This document shows positions 8,140-16,498 of a stretch of 42,746 bases of DNA, piece after piece. The stretch comes from Candidatus Schekmanbacteria bacterium (GTDB lineage Bacteria > SZUA-182). Both the position numbers and the translations under genes were made by a program. The DNA lies in the NCBI GenBank assembly GCA_016235675.1, contig JACRJN010000162.1:1-42746 (forward strand), in the 5' to 3' direction. The stretch's first letter is position 1, and every line of letters begins with the position of its first letter. Under the pieces are notes generated by a model. The model made no database searches. It saw only the letters and a program-made list of their open reading frames with translations, and had not been told where the DNA came from.

Positions 8140-8405
8140 TTTATACTTTTAAAGCTCATAAATTGTGATTTCAAAAATTGGAACAGAGACATAAAAACGA
8201 ACGAGGGAATCCTGGGTTTCGTTCCTCAACCCAAACACAGGCAGGATGCCTGTGCTACCAAGAAAAGACACAGGCAGGACGCCTGTGCTACCAAATAAAA
8301 GCGGGCGCAGCCCGTACCGGTAGCACAGGCATCCTGCCTGTGATGCGGGCAACGCCCGCACAAAAGCGGCACACATAATGGAATCCGGGGGTTTTTACTT
8401 TCCTG
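8140..8405. repeat. right copy of the ~250 bp inverted repeat (with a 33 bp internal duplication)
   Basis: Reverse complement of 4528-4778. Nested inside a larger element bounded by 23 bp terminal inverted repeats at 8108-8133 and 8660-8685. Confidence 0.85.
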
Positions 8406-8529
8406 GATGTTTCGGGTGTGTTCCACACCGAAACCCTAAAGGGCGGCGTGCCGATTGGCAAGGCTCAGGCTGTGGTTGAGATAAGTTCGTTCCCCTTGCC
8501 TGTTTCGGCTTGGAACAAGCCGAAACATC
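8406..8529. repeat. family C hairpins (two copies)
   Basis: gatgtttcgggtgtgttccacaccgaaac and cctgtttcggcttggaacaagccgaaacatc. Confidence 0.75.
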
Positions 8530-8566
8530 AATTTTATCAATCATTGCGTAAGGTGAGTTTTTAAGT

Positions 8567-8632
8567 GTCATTGCGAGCGGAACGAAGCAATCTAAAGTTC
8601 GTGCGTCTGAGATTGCTTCGGCGAGAAGGCTG
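8567..8632. repeat. family D element (gtcattgcgag...gaagcaatct...agattgcttcg)
   Basis: Copies at 27837-27908, 32288-32369 and a diverged copy at 42259-42350. Confidence 0.75.
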
Positions 8633-8686
8633 CTGAGCTATGACAGAATAAACTCAGTTAGTTATAAAATCGTGTACTAGTGTGTA

Positions 8687-8726
8687 AGGTGGACTGATTT
8701 GTCAAGACCAGTCCACCTTATTTTCT
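8687..8726 (+). terminator. orphan rho-independent-terminator-like hairpin
   Basis: aggtggactg-(12 nt loop)-cagtccacct followed by tattttctctc. No plus-strand gene lies upstream of it. Confidence 0.3.
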
Positions 8727-8841
8727 CTCAAGTTTAAATTTTATCATTTTCGTCTTAGAACATTTCTATTTTGGTAAAAGAGGACATTATTACTTTGACA
8801 TGACGGAAATGATTTTTAATTTTAGCTTGTCGTTTTTTGTA

Positions 8842-8870
8842 TTGACAAAAGTAAAACGACATCTTATAAT
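8842..8870 (+). promoter_or_regulatory. consensus sigma70 promoter (TTGACA-17-TATAAT) upstream of nuoE
   Basis: ttgaca at 8842-8847 and tataat at 8865-8870 with a 17 nt spacer, about 240 nt upstream of the nuoE ATG (9113). Confidence 0.55.
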
Positions 8871-8898
8871 CTAAATATCTTTCTAATATGTTGTATAT

Positions 8899-8922
8899 AA
8901 ACAAGTTATAGTTAACTTGTTT
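8899..8922 (+). promoter_or_regulatory. 10-4-10 perfect palindrome (aaacaagtta tagt taacttgttt), candidate operator in the nuoE leader
   Basis: Perfect inverted arms read directly from the sequence, about 30-50 nt downstream of the predicted -10. Confidence 0.4.
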
Positions 8923-9112
8923 GCTTTCCGGTTCCTGGTGGATATTCCGTTAGTCTCTGTTTTTAAACTCTGTTCTAATTTATATTCAATTTCAAAAATA
9001 CCGCTCTCCGTCGGAGAAACTGTATCGCAACACAGCCTCAGAGCGGACATATCATAAACTATTCAAAACTCAAAACTCAAGAACCTGAAACCCTGACCGT
9101 GGTTCAAATGTT

Positions 9113-9577
9113 ATGAATATTCCCCAACCTTTATGGCAGGAAATCGAACAAATAATTGTGTCTTATCCGCAGCCGCAAGGAGCGGTGCTGCCGGCGTTAC
9201 ACAAAATTCAGGAGCGGATGGGCTACCTGGCTGAGGAGGCTTTAGCTCAGATAGCCGGACATCTGCGGATACCGCAAGTGGATTTGTTCGAAATCGCCAC
9301 CTTTTATACCCTGCTTTACACCAGACCGCACGGTGACAACATAATACTGGTTTGTAACAATATCTCCTGTTATATCCTGGATTCGGAAACTATTCTTTCG
9401 ACACTTGAAGACGAACTAAAGATTAAAGCGGGCAATACCACCGCAGACAACAAGTTCACCCTCCAGGCCGTTTCCTGTCTGGGGGCTTGCGACGGAGGGC
9501 CGGTGATGTTGATAAACGACCAACTTTACCCCCATTTGACCGGTGACAAAATCAGACGGATTTTAAAGGAATATTAA
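9113..9577 (+). CDS. nuoE: NADH dehydrogenase subunit E-like (NuoE/HoxE/FdsG, 2Fe-2S thioredoxin-like)
   Basis: Cys motif C..ISC...SCLGACDGGP typical of NuoE. Confidence 0.85.
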   Translation: MNIPQPLWQEIEQIIVSYPQPQGAVLPALHKIQERMGYLAEEALAQIAGHLRIPQVDLFEIATFYTLLYTRPHGDNIILVCNNISCYILDSETILSTLEDELKIKAGNTTADNKFTLQAVSCLGACDGGPVMLINDQLYPHLTGDKIRRILKEY

Positions 9578-9579
9578 GG

Positions 9580-9606
9580 TGTTTCGGTTTGGGGACAAGC
9601 CGAAAC
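9580..9606. repeat. family C hairpin inserted in the nuoE-nuoF intergenic region
   Basis: tgtttcggtttggggacaagccgaaaca. Confidence 0.75.
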
Positions 9607-9652
9607 AAAAACAAAATTACCCATTCCCCATTCCCCATTATCAATTTAATTC

Positions 9653-10960
9653 GTGGAGCATACCTTGCCGCAAACACGGGTCTTACTAAAAAATATCGGT
9701 ACCCCCGATTCCGAAACCCTGGACGGTTATCTGAAGAACGGGGGATACCAGGCGCTAAAAAAAGCCGTGAGTGATTTGACGCCTGAGGAAATAGTGGATT
9801 CGGTAAAACGCTCCGGATTGCGGGGACGGGGCGGAGCCGGATTTCCCGCCGGGATGAAATGGCAGTTCTGTGCCTCAGACCAAGCCTGCCCCAAATACGT
9901 AATCTGTAACGCCGACGAGGGAGAGCCGGGCACCTTCAAAGATCGCATCCTGCTGGAAGAAGACCCGCACGCGGTTCTGGAAGGCATGGCTTTGGCCGGT
10001 TACGCCATCGGGGCCAATCAGGGCTATGTTTACATCCGCGGCGAATATTATAAGGGGGCGCTTTCCCTGGAAAAGGCCGTCACTGAGGCCAATCAGCACC
10101 ATTACCTGGGGCAAAAAATATACGGAACTGATTTTGATTTCAATATCCAGGTTTTCCGGGGGGCGGGGGCTTACATCTGCGGTGAAGAAACGGCGCTTTT
10201 AGACTCTCTGGAAGGCAAGGCGGGACGCTCGCGGATTAAACCGCCTTACCCGGTAAATCAGGGTTTATGGGGCAAACCGACTTGCGTCAACAACGTCGAG
10301 ACCTTAACCAACATTCCCTGGGTTGTCAATAAGGGTGTCGATTGGTATCGCAAGTTCGGGACGGAAGAAAGCCCCGGCACTAAAATCTACTCCTTAAGCG
10401 GTCACGTCAACCACCCCGGCAACTACGAACTGCCGATGGGAGCTACCTTACGGGAGCTTATTTACGAATACGGCGGCGGTATCCGCCAGGGCCGACGGTT
10501 AAAAGCGGTTATGCCCGGAGGGGCTTCCAGCGCCTGTCTGACCGAAAAATCGCTGGATGTCAAAATGGATTTCCATAGCTTAGCGGCTGCCGGTTCCATG
10601 CTGGGGTCGGGAGCGGTCATCGTGATGGATGAAAATACCTGTATGGTGGGCGCGGCACATAATGTAGCCGCTTTTTTCGAGCACGAATCCTGCGGGCGCT
10701 GCACCCCCTGCCGTGAAGGCACCCATTGGATCAAACGGATTCTGGAACGGGTTAAGAATTTTGAGGCTAAAAGCGTAGCGGAAATAGATTTAATCGCCGA
10801 CCTGGGACAGAATATGAGGCTGGGAGCTTTTTGTCCCCTCGGCATGGGAGCACCCAGCGCGGCATTGAGTATAATTCAGCATTTCCGGGATGAGTTTGAA
10901 ACGCACGTTAAGGAAAAGCGGTGTCCGGTAAATATCCCTGCCGTAGTGCCAGGGCTTTAG
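9653..10960 (+). CDS. nuoF: NADH dehydrogenase subunit F-like (NuoF/HoxF/FdsB, FMN/NAD-binding, 4Fe-4S)
   Basis: GLRGRGGAGFPAGMKW motif, Gly-rich NADH-binding site, and C-terminal ESCGRCTPCREG 4Fe-4S motif. Confidence 0.9.
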   Translation: MEHTLPQTRVLLKNIGTPDSETLDGYLKNGGYQALKKAVSDLTPEEIVDSVKRSGLRGRGGAGFPAGMKWQFCASDQACPKYVICNADEGEPGTFKDRILLEEDPHAVLEGMALAGYAIGANQGYVYIRGEYYKGALSLEKAVTEANQHHYLGQKIYGTDFDFNIQVFRGAGAYICGEETALLDSLEGKAGRSRIKPPYPVNQGLWGKPTCVNNVETLTNIPWVVNKGVDWYRKFGTEESPGTKIYSLSGHVNHPGNYELPMGATLRELIYEYGGGIRQGRRLKAVMPGGASSACLTEKSLDVKMDFHSLAAAGSMLGSGAVIVMDENTCMVGAAHNVAAFFEHESCGRCTPCREGTHWIKRILERVKNFEAKSVAEIDLIADLGQNMRLGAFCPLGMGAPSAALSIIQHFRDEFETHVKEKRCPVNIPAVVPGL

Positions 10961-10995
10961 CCCTGGAAATTCAGCCCTAAAGGGCTGAGGCTACG
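10941..10995. repeat. family B palindromic element (ccgtagtgccagggctttagccctggaaattcagccctaaagggctg..ctacg)
   Basis: Copy at 34551-34607. Sits between nuoF and the nuoG-like gene. Confidence 0.8.
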
Positions 10996-11031
10996 TTTTT
11001 ATATTGCCGATTCCCCAACAATGAGGAATAA

Positions 11032-13473
11032 ATGGTCAACTTAGTAATTGACGGCATCAGAGCGGAGGCCCAGGAGCACGAAACAATTTTGGGTGTGGCA
11101 AAGCGCCTGGGGATCACGGTACCCACCTTATGCTACCACGCCAAACTGGGAGCGTTCGGCGCCTGCCGCATCTGCCTGGTGGAAGTGCAGCCCGGCAACC
11201 GCTTGGTGGCCTCCTGTATCACCAAAGTTCTCAATAATATGGTGGTCAAGAGCGACAGCCGTATGGCAGCCGATGCCCGCAAGACTAATCTGGAATTGCT
11301 GTTAGCACGCCATCCTCCCGATTGTCTGGTGTGCGAAAAAGGCGGGGAATGCGAATTGCAGAACGTGGCCTTTCATATCGGCAGCCGGGGGCTTTCCGCC
11401 GAAGGGAAAAACCGGATTGTGGACATTTTCGGGGTTCAACCCCTGGACGTTTCCATCAACGATACCCGCACCATTATCGAACGTGATTTGAATAAGTGCA
11501 TTTTGTGCAAACGCTGTATCCGGGTTTGTCACGAGGTGCAGGGCGTGGGAGCGATAAACTTTGCCAAACGCGGCTACAAAATGGAAATGGGGGCGTTTTT
11601 CGGCAGAGCGCTGGATTGCGAATTCTGTGGGCAATGCGTGGATATTTGTCCGGTCGGCGCCCTGGTTAATAAGGTCAATAAGTACAAGGCGCGCGCCTGG
11701 CAATTGACGCGCACCAAAAGCGTCTGCTCCTATTGCGGCTGCGGCTGCACCTTGTTTTTGAACGATAACAACGGTTTTTTGACCAAAATCAGCTCAAACA
11801 ATGCGGTCGGCCTCAATCAGGGGAATTTATGCGCCCGCGGACGGTATGGCTTTGACTTCGTAACCAGCCCGGAGCGCCTGAAGGCTCCCTTAATCAGGGA
11901 AAACGGAAAATTCCGGGAGACCAGTTGGGAAGAAGCCCTGAATCTGACCGCCGCAAAGCTAAAGGAAATTAAACAGAAATCCGGCGCAGGCAGCATTGCC
12001 GCCCTGGGTTCAACCCGCTGTACCAACGAAGAGAATTATTTGTTGCAAAAGCTGATGCGCGCGGCCATCGGTACCCCGCATCTGGACAGTTCCGCCGGTT
12101 TGGAACATGCTCCGGCCATGAAATCCCTGGCCGCGGCTTTCGGACTTCCGGCCGCCACTAATTCCATCGCCGACCTTCATCAGGCTGAAACTATTCTGGT
12201 GATGGAGGCCAACATTACGGTAAATCACCCCATTATCGGTCTGAAAATCAAAGCCGCGGTGCGCAAAGGCACATCCCGCCTGATAGTAATTGAAACCGGC
12301 CCGACCAAACTGGGCGCTTTCGCCGCTTTAACCTTACAGCCTCAAGCCGGTACGGAAGTAGCCCTGTTAAATGGCATCGCCCATGTTTTGCTGGAGGAAG
12401 GACTTATCGATCAAAACTTTGTCGCCGCTAAAACGGAAGGATTCGAAAAGCTGAAAACACTTTTAAGGGATTATTCCCCGCATGACGCGGAAAAAATCAG
12501 CGGCGTTCCCGCGGAAAAGATCAAGGCTGCCGCCCAATTATACGGACAAGCCAAACCCGCCGCGATCTTGTTCGGAGCGCAGTTAAGCCAGCAGGCACAA
12601 GGAGCGGATGCGGTAAGCGCTTTGATTAATATGGCGCTGCTGTGCGGCAATATCGGGGTGGCCGGAGGAGGCGTAAATCCGCTGCGAACGCAAAACAATG
12701 TTCAGGGCAGTGGCGATATGGGAATGCTGCCGGATTATTTGCCCGGTTATCAACCGGTAAGCAACCAAAACGCCCGCCAGGTTCTTGAGAATTTGTGGGA
12801 AGCCAAATTACCGGAAAGCGCAGGGTGGAATATGGAGGGCATCTTTTCCGCAGTAGAAAAAGGTTCCATCAGAGCGATGTACATCATGGGAGAAAATCCG
12901 GTAATGGCCGCGCCTTATCCGGATAAAATCAGGGCGGATTTGGGCAAACTGGAATTTTTGGTCGTACAGGATCTTTTCCTGAGCGAAACCGCTCAGTTGG
13001 CGGACGTGGTGCTGCCCGGAGTCAGCTTTGCGGAAAAGGACGGGACTTTTACCAATACCGAGCGCAGGATTCAGAGAATTCGTCAGTCGATTGCACCGCT
13101 TGAGGGATGTATGCCGGACTGGCAGATTCTGATCGAGATCGGCAAGCGCTTGGGATATAATATGCCGTCTTATCATTCACCCTCGCAGATAATGGATGAA
13201 ATCGCTAAGATCAATCCGTATTATGCGGGAATAAACTATCCCCGCCTGGAAAATGAGGGTTTGCAATGGCCGTGTAAGGCCGTTGACGATCCCGGCGCAC
13301 CAGTGTTGTACCGCGAAGGTTTCCCGGCCGGCAAAGCCAGGCTGCTGGCGGTTAAGTATCGGGCGGCCTCAGTAGAGGAAAAAGCCTATCCTTATCTGGT
13401 AACCGCCGGTAAATATCATTCCGGAACTATGAGCCGCTTCTCCCGCGCGCTCCTTGAAATCAGGATGGCTTGA
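11032..13473 (+). CDS. NuoG-like / formate dehydrogenase alpha-like molybdopterin oxidoreductase (N-terminal 2Fe-2S, 4Fe-4S clusters, MopB domain)
   Basis: N-terminal 2Fe-2S (CYHAKLGAFGACRIC), His-Cys cluster (HPPDCLVCEKGGEC), two 4Fe-4S motifs (CILCKRCIRVC, CEFCGQCVDICP) and the MopB motif CSYCGCGC. No in-frame stop that would suggest selenocysteine. Confidence 0.8.
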   Translation: MVNLVIDGIRAEAQEHETILGVAKRLGITVPTLCYHAKLGAFGACRICLVEVQPGNRLVASCITKVLNNMVVKSDSRMAADARKTNLELLLARHPPDCLVCEKGGECELQNVAFHIGSRGLSAEGKNRIVDIFGVQPLDVSINDTRTIIERDLNKCILCKRCIRVCHEVQGVGAINFAKRGYKMEMGAFFGRALDCEFCGQCVDICPVGALVNKVNKYKARAWQLTRTKSVCSYCGCGCTLFLNDNNGFLTKISSNNAVGLNQGNLCARGRYGFDFVTSPERLKAPLIRENGKFRETSWEEALNLTAAKLKEIKQKSGAGSIAALGSTRCTNEENYLLQKLMRAAIGTPHLDSSAGLEHAPAMKSLAAAFGLPAATNSIADLHQAETILVMEANITVNHPIIGLKIKAAVRKGTSRLIVIETGPTKLGAFAALTLQPQAGTEVALLNGIAHVLLEEGLIDQNFVAAKTEGFEKLKTLLRDYSPHDAEKISGVPAEKIKAAAQLYGQAKPAAILFGAQLSQQAQGADAVSALINMALLCGNIGVAGGGVNPLRTQNNVQGSGDMGMLPDYLPGYQPVSNQNARQVLENLWEAKLPESAGWNMEGIFSAVEKGSIRAMYIMGENPVMAAPYPDKIRADLGKLEFLVVQDLFLSETAQLADVVLPGVSFAEKDGTFTNTERRIQRIRQSIAPLEGCMPDWQILIEIGKRLGYNMPSYHSPSQIMDEIAKINPYYAGINYPRLENEGLQWPCKAVDDPGAPVLYREGFPAGKARLLAVKYRAASVEEKAYPYLVTAGKYHSGTMSRFSRALLEIRMA

Positions 13474-13476
13474 CAA

Positions 13477-13944
13477 ATGTTAAGTTGCTATGACTTAAAT
13501 TGTTTTCCCTTGTTTGACGGTGTCGATGAACATGCCTTGTCGTTATTGGCGCGCTATGCTGATTTTAAACGCTTCCGCGCCGGGGAAACTATTTTCACGG
13601 AAGGCGAAAAAACGGGGGCGCTGTGTCTGATTAAGGAAGGCTCCGTCAAGGTCTCCCGCCTGATCAGGGGGGGAGAGAGTCAAAACTTGGGCATTTTGGA
13701 AAAAGGCATGTACGTCGGAGCGGTTTCTTTGATCGACGAGAAGGCTCATTCGGCGTCGGTAATCGCGGTAAACGACGTCGTTACCGTTCAGATCGACTGT
13801 CAGGGATTCAGGGAGTTGGCGCAAACCGACCCGGCCGCGGCCACTAAAATCATGCGGGCGATAACCGCTTCGCTTTGCTCCTATCTGCGCAAGATGGACG
13901 CTAAATTTATCGACATGGTACAGTATGTAGCACAGGCGAAGTAG
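13477..13944 (+). CDS. cyclic-nucleotide-binding (CAP_ED) domain protein, no effector domain
   Basis: 155 aa with cNMP-binding fold motifs (FRAGETIFTEGE, GMYVGAVSLI). No HTH domain. Starts 4 nt after the nuoG-like stop. Confidence 0.7.
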   Translation: MLSCYDLNCFPLFDGVDEHALSLLARYADFKRFRAGETIFTEGEKTGALCLIKEGSVKVSRLIRGGESQNLGILEKGMYVGAVSLIDEKAHSASVIAVNDVVTVQIDCQGFRELAQTDPAAATKIMRAITASLCSYLRKMDAKFIDMVQYVAQAK

Positions 13945-13971
13945 CCGACAACACCTAATGCGAGCAAATCT

Positions 13972-14451
13972 ATGGTAACGTTTGAAGACATAAAAAATGT
14001 CCCTCTGTTTGCCGGACTGGATGAGCAGGCATTGGCAGCGCTTGCCCCAAAGCTGCAATTGCTCCGGCTTCCCAAGGGAACGTTTCTCTATAATCAAAAT
14101 ACGGTGGAACCTACCTTATACATTATTAAAGAGGGAGTGGTGCGCCTGACTACAGGGGATACCGGCAAGGGGGCACCCCAAACTGTCGGAATCCTGCGAT
14201 CGCCGGAATTTTTGGGAGAACTCTCCCTGATAGATGGTCAAGCCCCGGTAACCGCCGCAGAGGTTATAAAAGAAGCGCAGATTATCGTGTTGAGAAAACC
14301 GGATTTTGAAACTTTTTTAGAGGCTAATCCTCCGGCAGGCTATTCTATTTATCTGCTATTAGCCAAAGAGATTTGCGCAAGGCTTAGAAAACTTAATGAT
14401 GAGTTTATCGACATGACCAAGTTTGTGTGGGAAATGAGCGCTAAGATTTAA
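13972..14451 (+). CDS. cyclic-nucleotide-binding (CAP_ED) domain protein, paralog
   Basis: 159 aa (LPKGTFLYNQ, FLGELSLIDGQAPVTA). Tandem paralog of the preceding gene. Confidence 0.7.
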   Translation: MVTFEDIKNVPLFAGLDEQALAALAPKLQLLRLPKGTFLYNQNTVEPTLYIIKEGVVRLTTGDTGKGAPQTVGILRSPEFLGELSLIDGQAPVTAAEVIKEAQIIVLRKPDFETFLEANPPAGYSIYLLLAKEICARLRKLNDEFIDMTKFVWEMSAKI

Positions 14452-14462
14452 GGGATTTAGTG

Positions 14463-15296
14463 TTAACCCACAGACACCTCAATCTGTCCGGAAAATACCG
14501 TCACCGCCGGGCCGCGCATATAGACGCGGTTATCCTGCTTGCTCCAATGGATAAACAATGGCCCGCCGGGCAGATTCACCGTAACCTTTCGCTGGGTTTT
14601 ACCACGCAAAACGGACGCTACCACCGAGGCGCAGGCGCCGGTACCGCAGGCGGGGGTTTCGCCGGAACCGCGCTCCCATACCCGCATTTTGAGTTCATGC
14701 TCATTGATGATTTCGATGAACTCGACATTCGTCCGTTGCGGGAACAAGGGATGATTTTCTATTAAGGAACCGTAACGGGTAACGGGAAAATCCCTTACGT
14801 TTTCCACAAAAATCACGCAATGCGGGTTGCCCATGGAAACGCAGGTAACAGGAAACGTTTTATCCGCTACCGGCAACAAATGATCGATAACAAGTCCTGA
14901 TAAATCTACCGGGATTTTTCCCGCCTCCAAAACCGGCTCTCCCATATCTACTTCCACCTCATCACCGATCAGCCGCGGCTTGATAATTCCGGCATGAGTT
15001 TCTATGACCAATTCGGTTTTGTCGCTCAAACCTTGTTCCTGGATATAGCGCGCCAGACAGCGGATACCGTTGCCACACATCTGCACCTGACTTCCGTCGG
15101 CGTTATAAATCAGCATGGTGAAATCGGCAATCGCCGATTCTTTCAAGATCAAAAGCTGATCGGCACCAATCCCCAGGCGCCGGTCGCAAAGATGCTGAGA
15201 AAGCTTAACCATATCCCGGGCTAAAGTTTTCCCCCGCCCGTCCAGCACCACGAAATCATTGCCCAAGCCCTGCATTTTTACAAACGATAACTGCAA
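14463..15296 (-). CDS. dapF: diaminopimelate epimerase
   Basis: MQLSFVKMQGLGNDFVVLDGR at the N-terminus, plus conserved Cys residues. Confidence 0.9.
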   Translation of the reverse strand: MQLSFVKMQGLGNDFVVLDGRGKTLARDMVKLSQHLCDRRLGIGADQLLILKESAIADFTMLIYNADGSQVQMCGNGIRCLARYIQEQGLSDKTELVIETHAGIIKPRLIGDEVEVDMGEPVLEAGKIPVDLSGLVIDHLLPVADKTFPVTCVSMGNPHCVIFVENVRDFPVTRYGSLIENHPLFPQRTNVEFIEIINEHELKMRVWERGSGETPACGTGACASVVASVLRGKTQRKVTVNLPGGPLFIHWSKQDNRVYMRGPAVTVFSGQIEVSVG

Positions 15297-15358
15297 GTGG
15301 TAACTCCTTCTGGTAGATATTTTTCATATCAAGAACCGATACTCTAAATTGACTGGTA

Positions 15359-15766
15359 TCATTTAACAGCGATTATCATTTTTGCCCATTCTATAGCCTG
15401 GCGGGCTATTTCCAATGCTTTGTGAACCTCAGTGTCCTGAAAAGTTTCCCAATGGCCGGGATACCGGGTTTCTACCGCATATGGGGTTAGGTCTGCCGCC
15501 TCATTTGCCCACTCAGGCAGTTGAAGTCCTGCATGTTGGACAATTTCAATCAGGGTTTCTATGTCATGGACAGGTGGAAAGGGAATCTTGTTATACAGCA
15601 TAAACATTTTCAAAACCTTCTCCACTGCCTGTTGTGCATGAAAGCAAACCTGCGCTGCAAGAACCTCTTCCGATTTCAAGCCGAGACGGGCGAAAGCTAA
15701 ATCGCTTTGGGCATGATTAAGCCATTCTTGGGGCGAACCTGCGGGAAACTTAGGCGGCTTTTTCAT
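15359..15766 (-). CDS. HEPN domain protein (toxin of HEPN/MNT pair)
   Basis: 135 aa helical protein. Overlaps the MNT gene by 17 nt. Carries an R-x(n)-H motif (ETRYPGH). Confidence 0.6.
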   Translation of the reverse strand: MKKPPKFPAGSPQEWLNHAQSDLAFARLGLKSEEVLAAQVCFHAQQAVEKVLKMFMLYNKIPFPPVHDIETLIEIVQHAGLQLPEWANEAADLTPYAVETRYPGHWETFQDTEVHKALEIARQAIEWAKMIIAVK

Positions 15767-16109
15767 AAACGGTTTTACCTTCTTTTAAGGCCGAATTATA
15801 AATTAATCCAGGGGTATCTGCCAGATTGTGTAAATCGCTCCGGCGAACGACTATAATGTCCATAGGCATTAAAATCCCTCTCAACGCCCGCCGGACACGC
15901 AACCCTTCCCGACGGCAGTTGCTCACACTGTCAGCTACCACCACCAGAATATCCAGATCGCTATTTATCCCTATTTGTTTGCGCACATATGAACCAAAGA
16001 GAATTACTGAAACCGGCTTGATAATCATCACGATTCTTTTGATTGCAGCCTGGACTTTATCTTCCGTAATTTCCCAGATTTCCATATTTTGCCTCTTTAT
16101 AGCGAACAA
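15750..16109 (-). CDS. nucleotidyltransferase (MNT) domain protein, antitoxin partner of HEPN
   Basis: GSYVRKQIGINSDLDILVV, the classic minimal NTase motif. Confidence 0.8.
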   Translation of the reverse strand: MFAIKRQNMEIWEITEDKVQAAIKRIVMIIKPVSVILFGSYVRKQIGINSDLDILVVVADSVSNCRREGLRVRRALRGILMPMDIIVVRRSDLHNLADTPGLIYNSALKEGKTVYEKAA

Positions 16110-16126
16110 TACGATATTGTAAAAAT

Positions 16127-16498
16127 CTATCCCTCCAAAACCACCTGGGCTATGGCATACTCGCTGTCATGGGAAATACTGAGATGGATTTTGCATCCTG
16201 CGGGCAAATGCTGTAAGGCTTGATCGTGACAGACAATTTGGGGTGCGGTGAAACCGGTGGATGAGACTTCAATGTCGCGCCAGTCAATCCCCTGCCCTAT
16301 TCCCTTCCCCAGAGCCTTGAGCATAGCTTCTTTGGCGGCGAAGCGGGCGGCAAGATAGGGATAAGGGTTTTTATGCCGGTAGGCGTAGTCAATTTCCGCA
16401 GAGGTAAAAACCCGCGGTAAAAATTTCTCCCCCCAACGCTTGACAATATCCTCCACGCGCCTGATGTTGACCAAATCCACGCCGATGCCTTTAATCAT
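16127..16498 (-). CDS. acpS: holo-[acyl-carrier-protein] synthase
   Basis: MIKGIGVDLVNIRRVE at the N-terminus and the expected size. Confidence 0.85.
   Translation of the reverse strand: MIKGIGVDLVNIRRVEDIVKRWGEKFLPRVFTSAEIDYAYRHKNPYPYLAARFAAKEAMLKALGKGIGQGIDWRDIEVSSTGFTAPQIVCHDQALQHLPAGCKIHLSISHDSEYAIAQVVLEG

Larger units (their letters stand above)
8108..8685. repeat. composite MITE-like region bounded by inverted termini actagtacacgattttataa / ttataaaatcgtgtactagtg
   Basis: The terminal inverted repeats are read directly. The interior carries family E, C and D elements. Confidence 0.6.
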
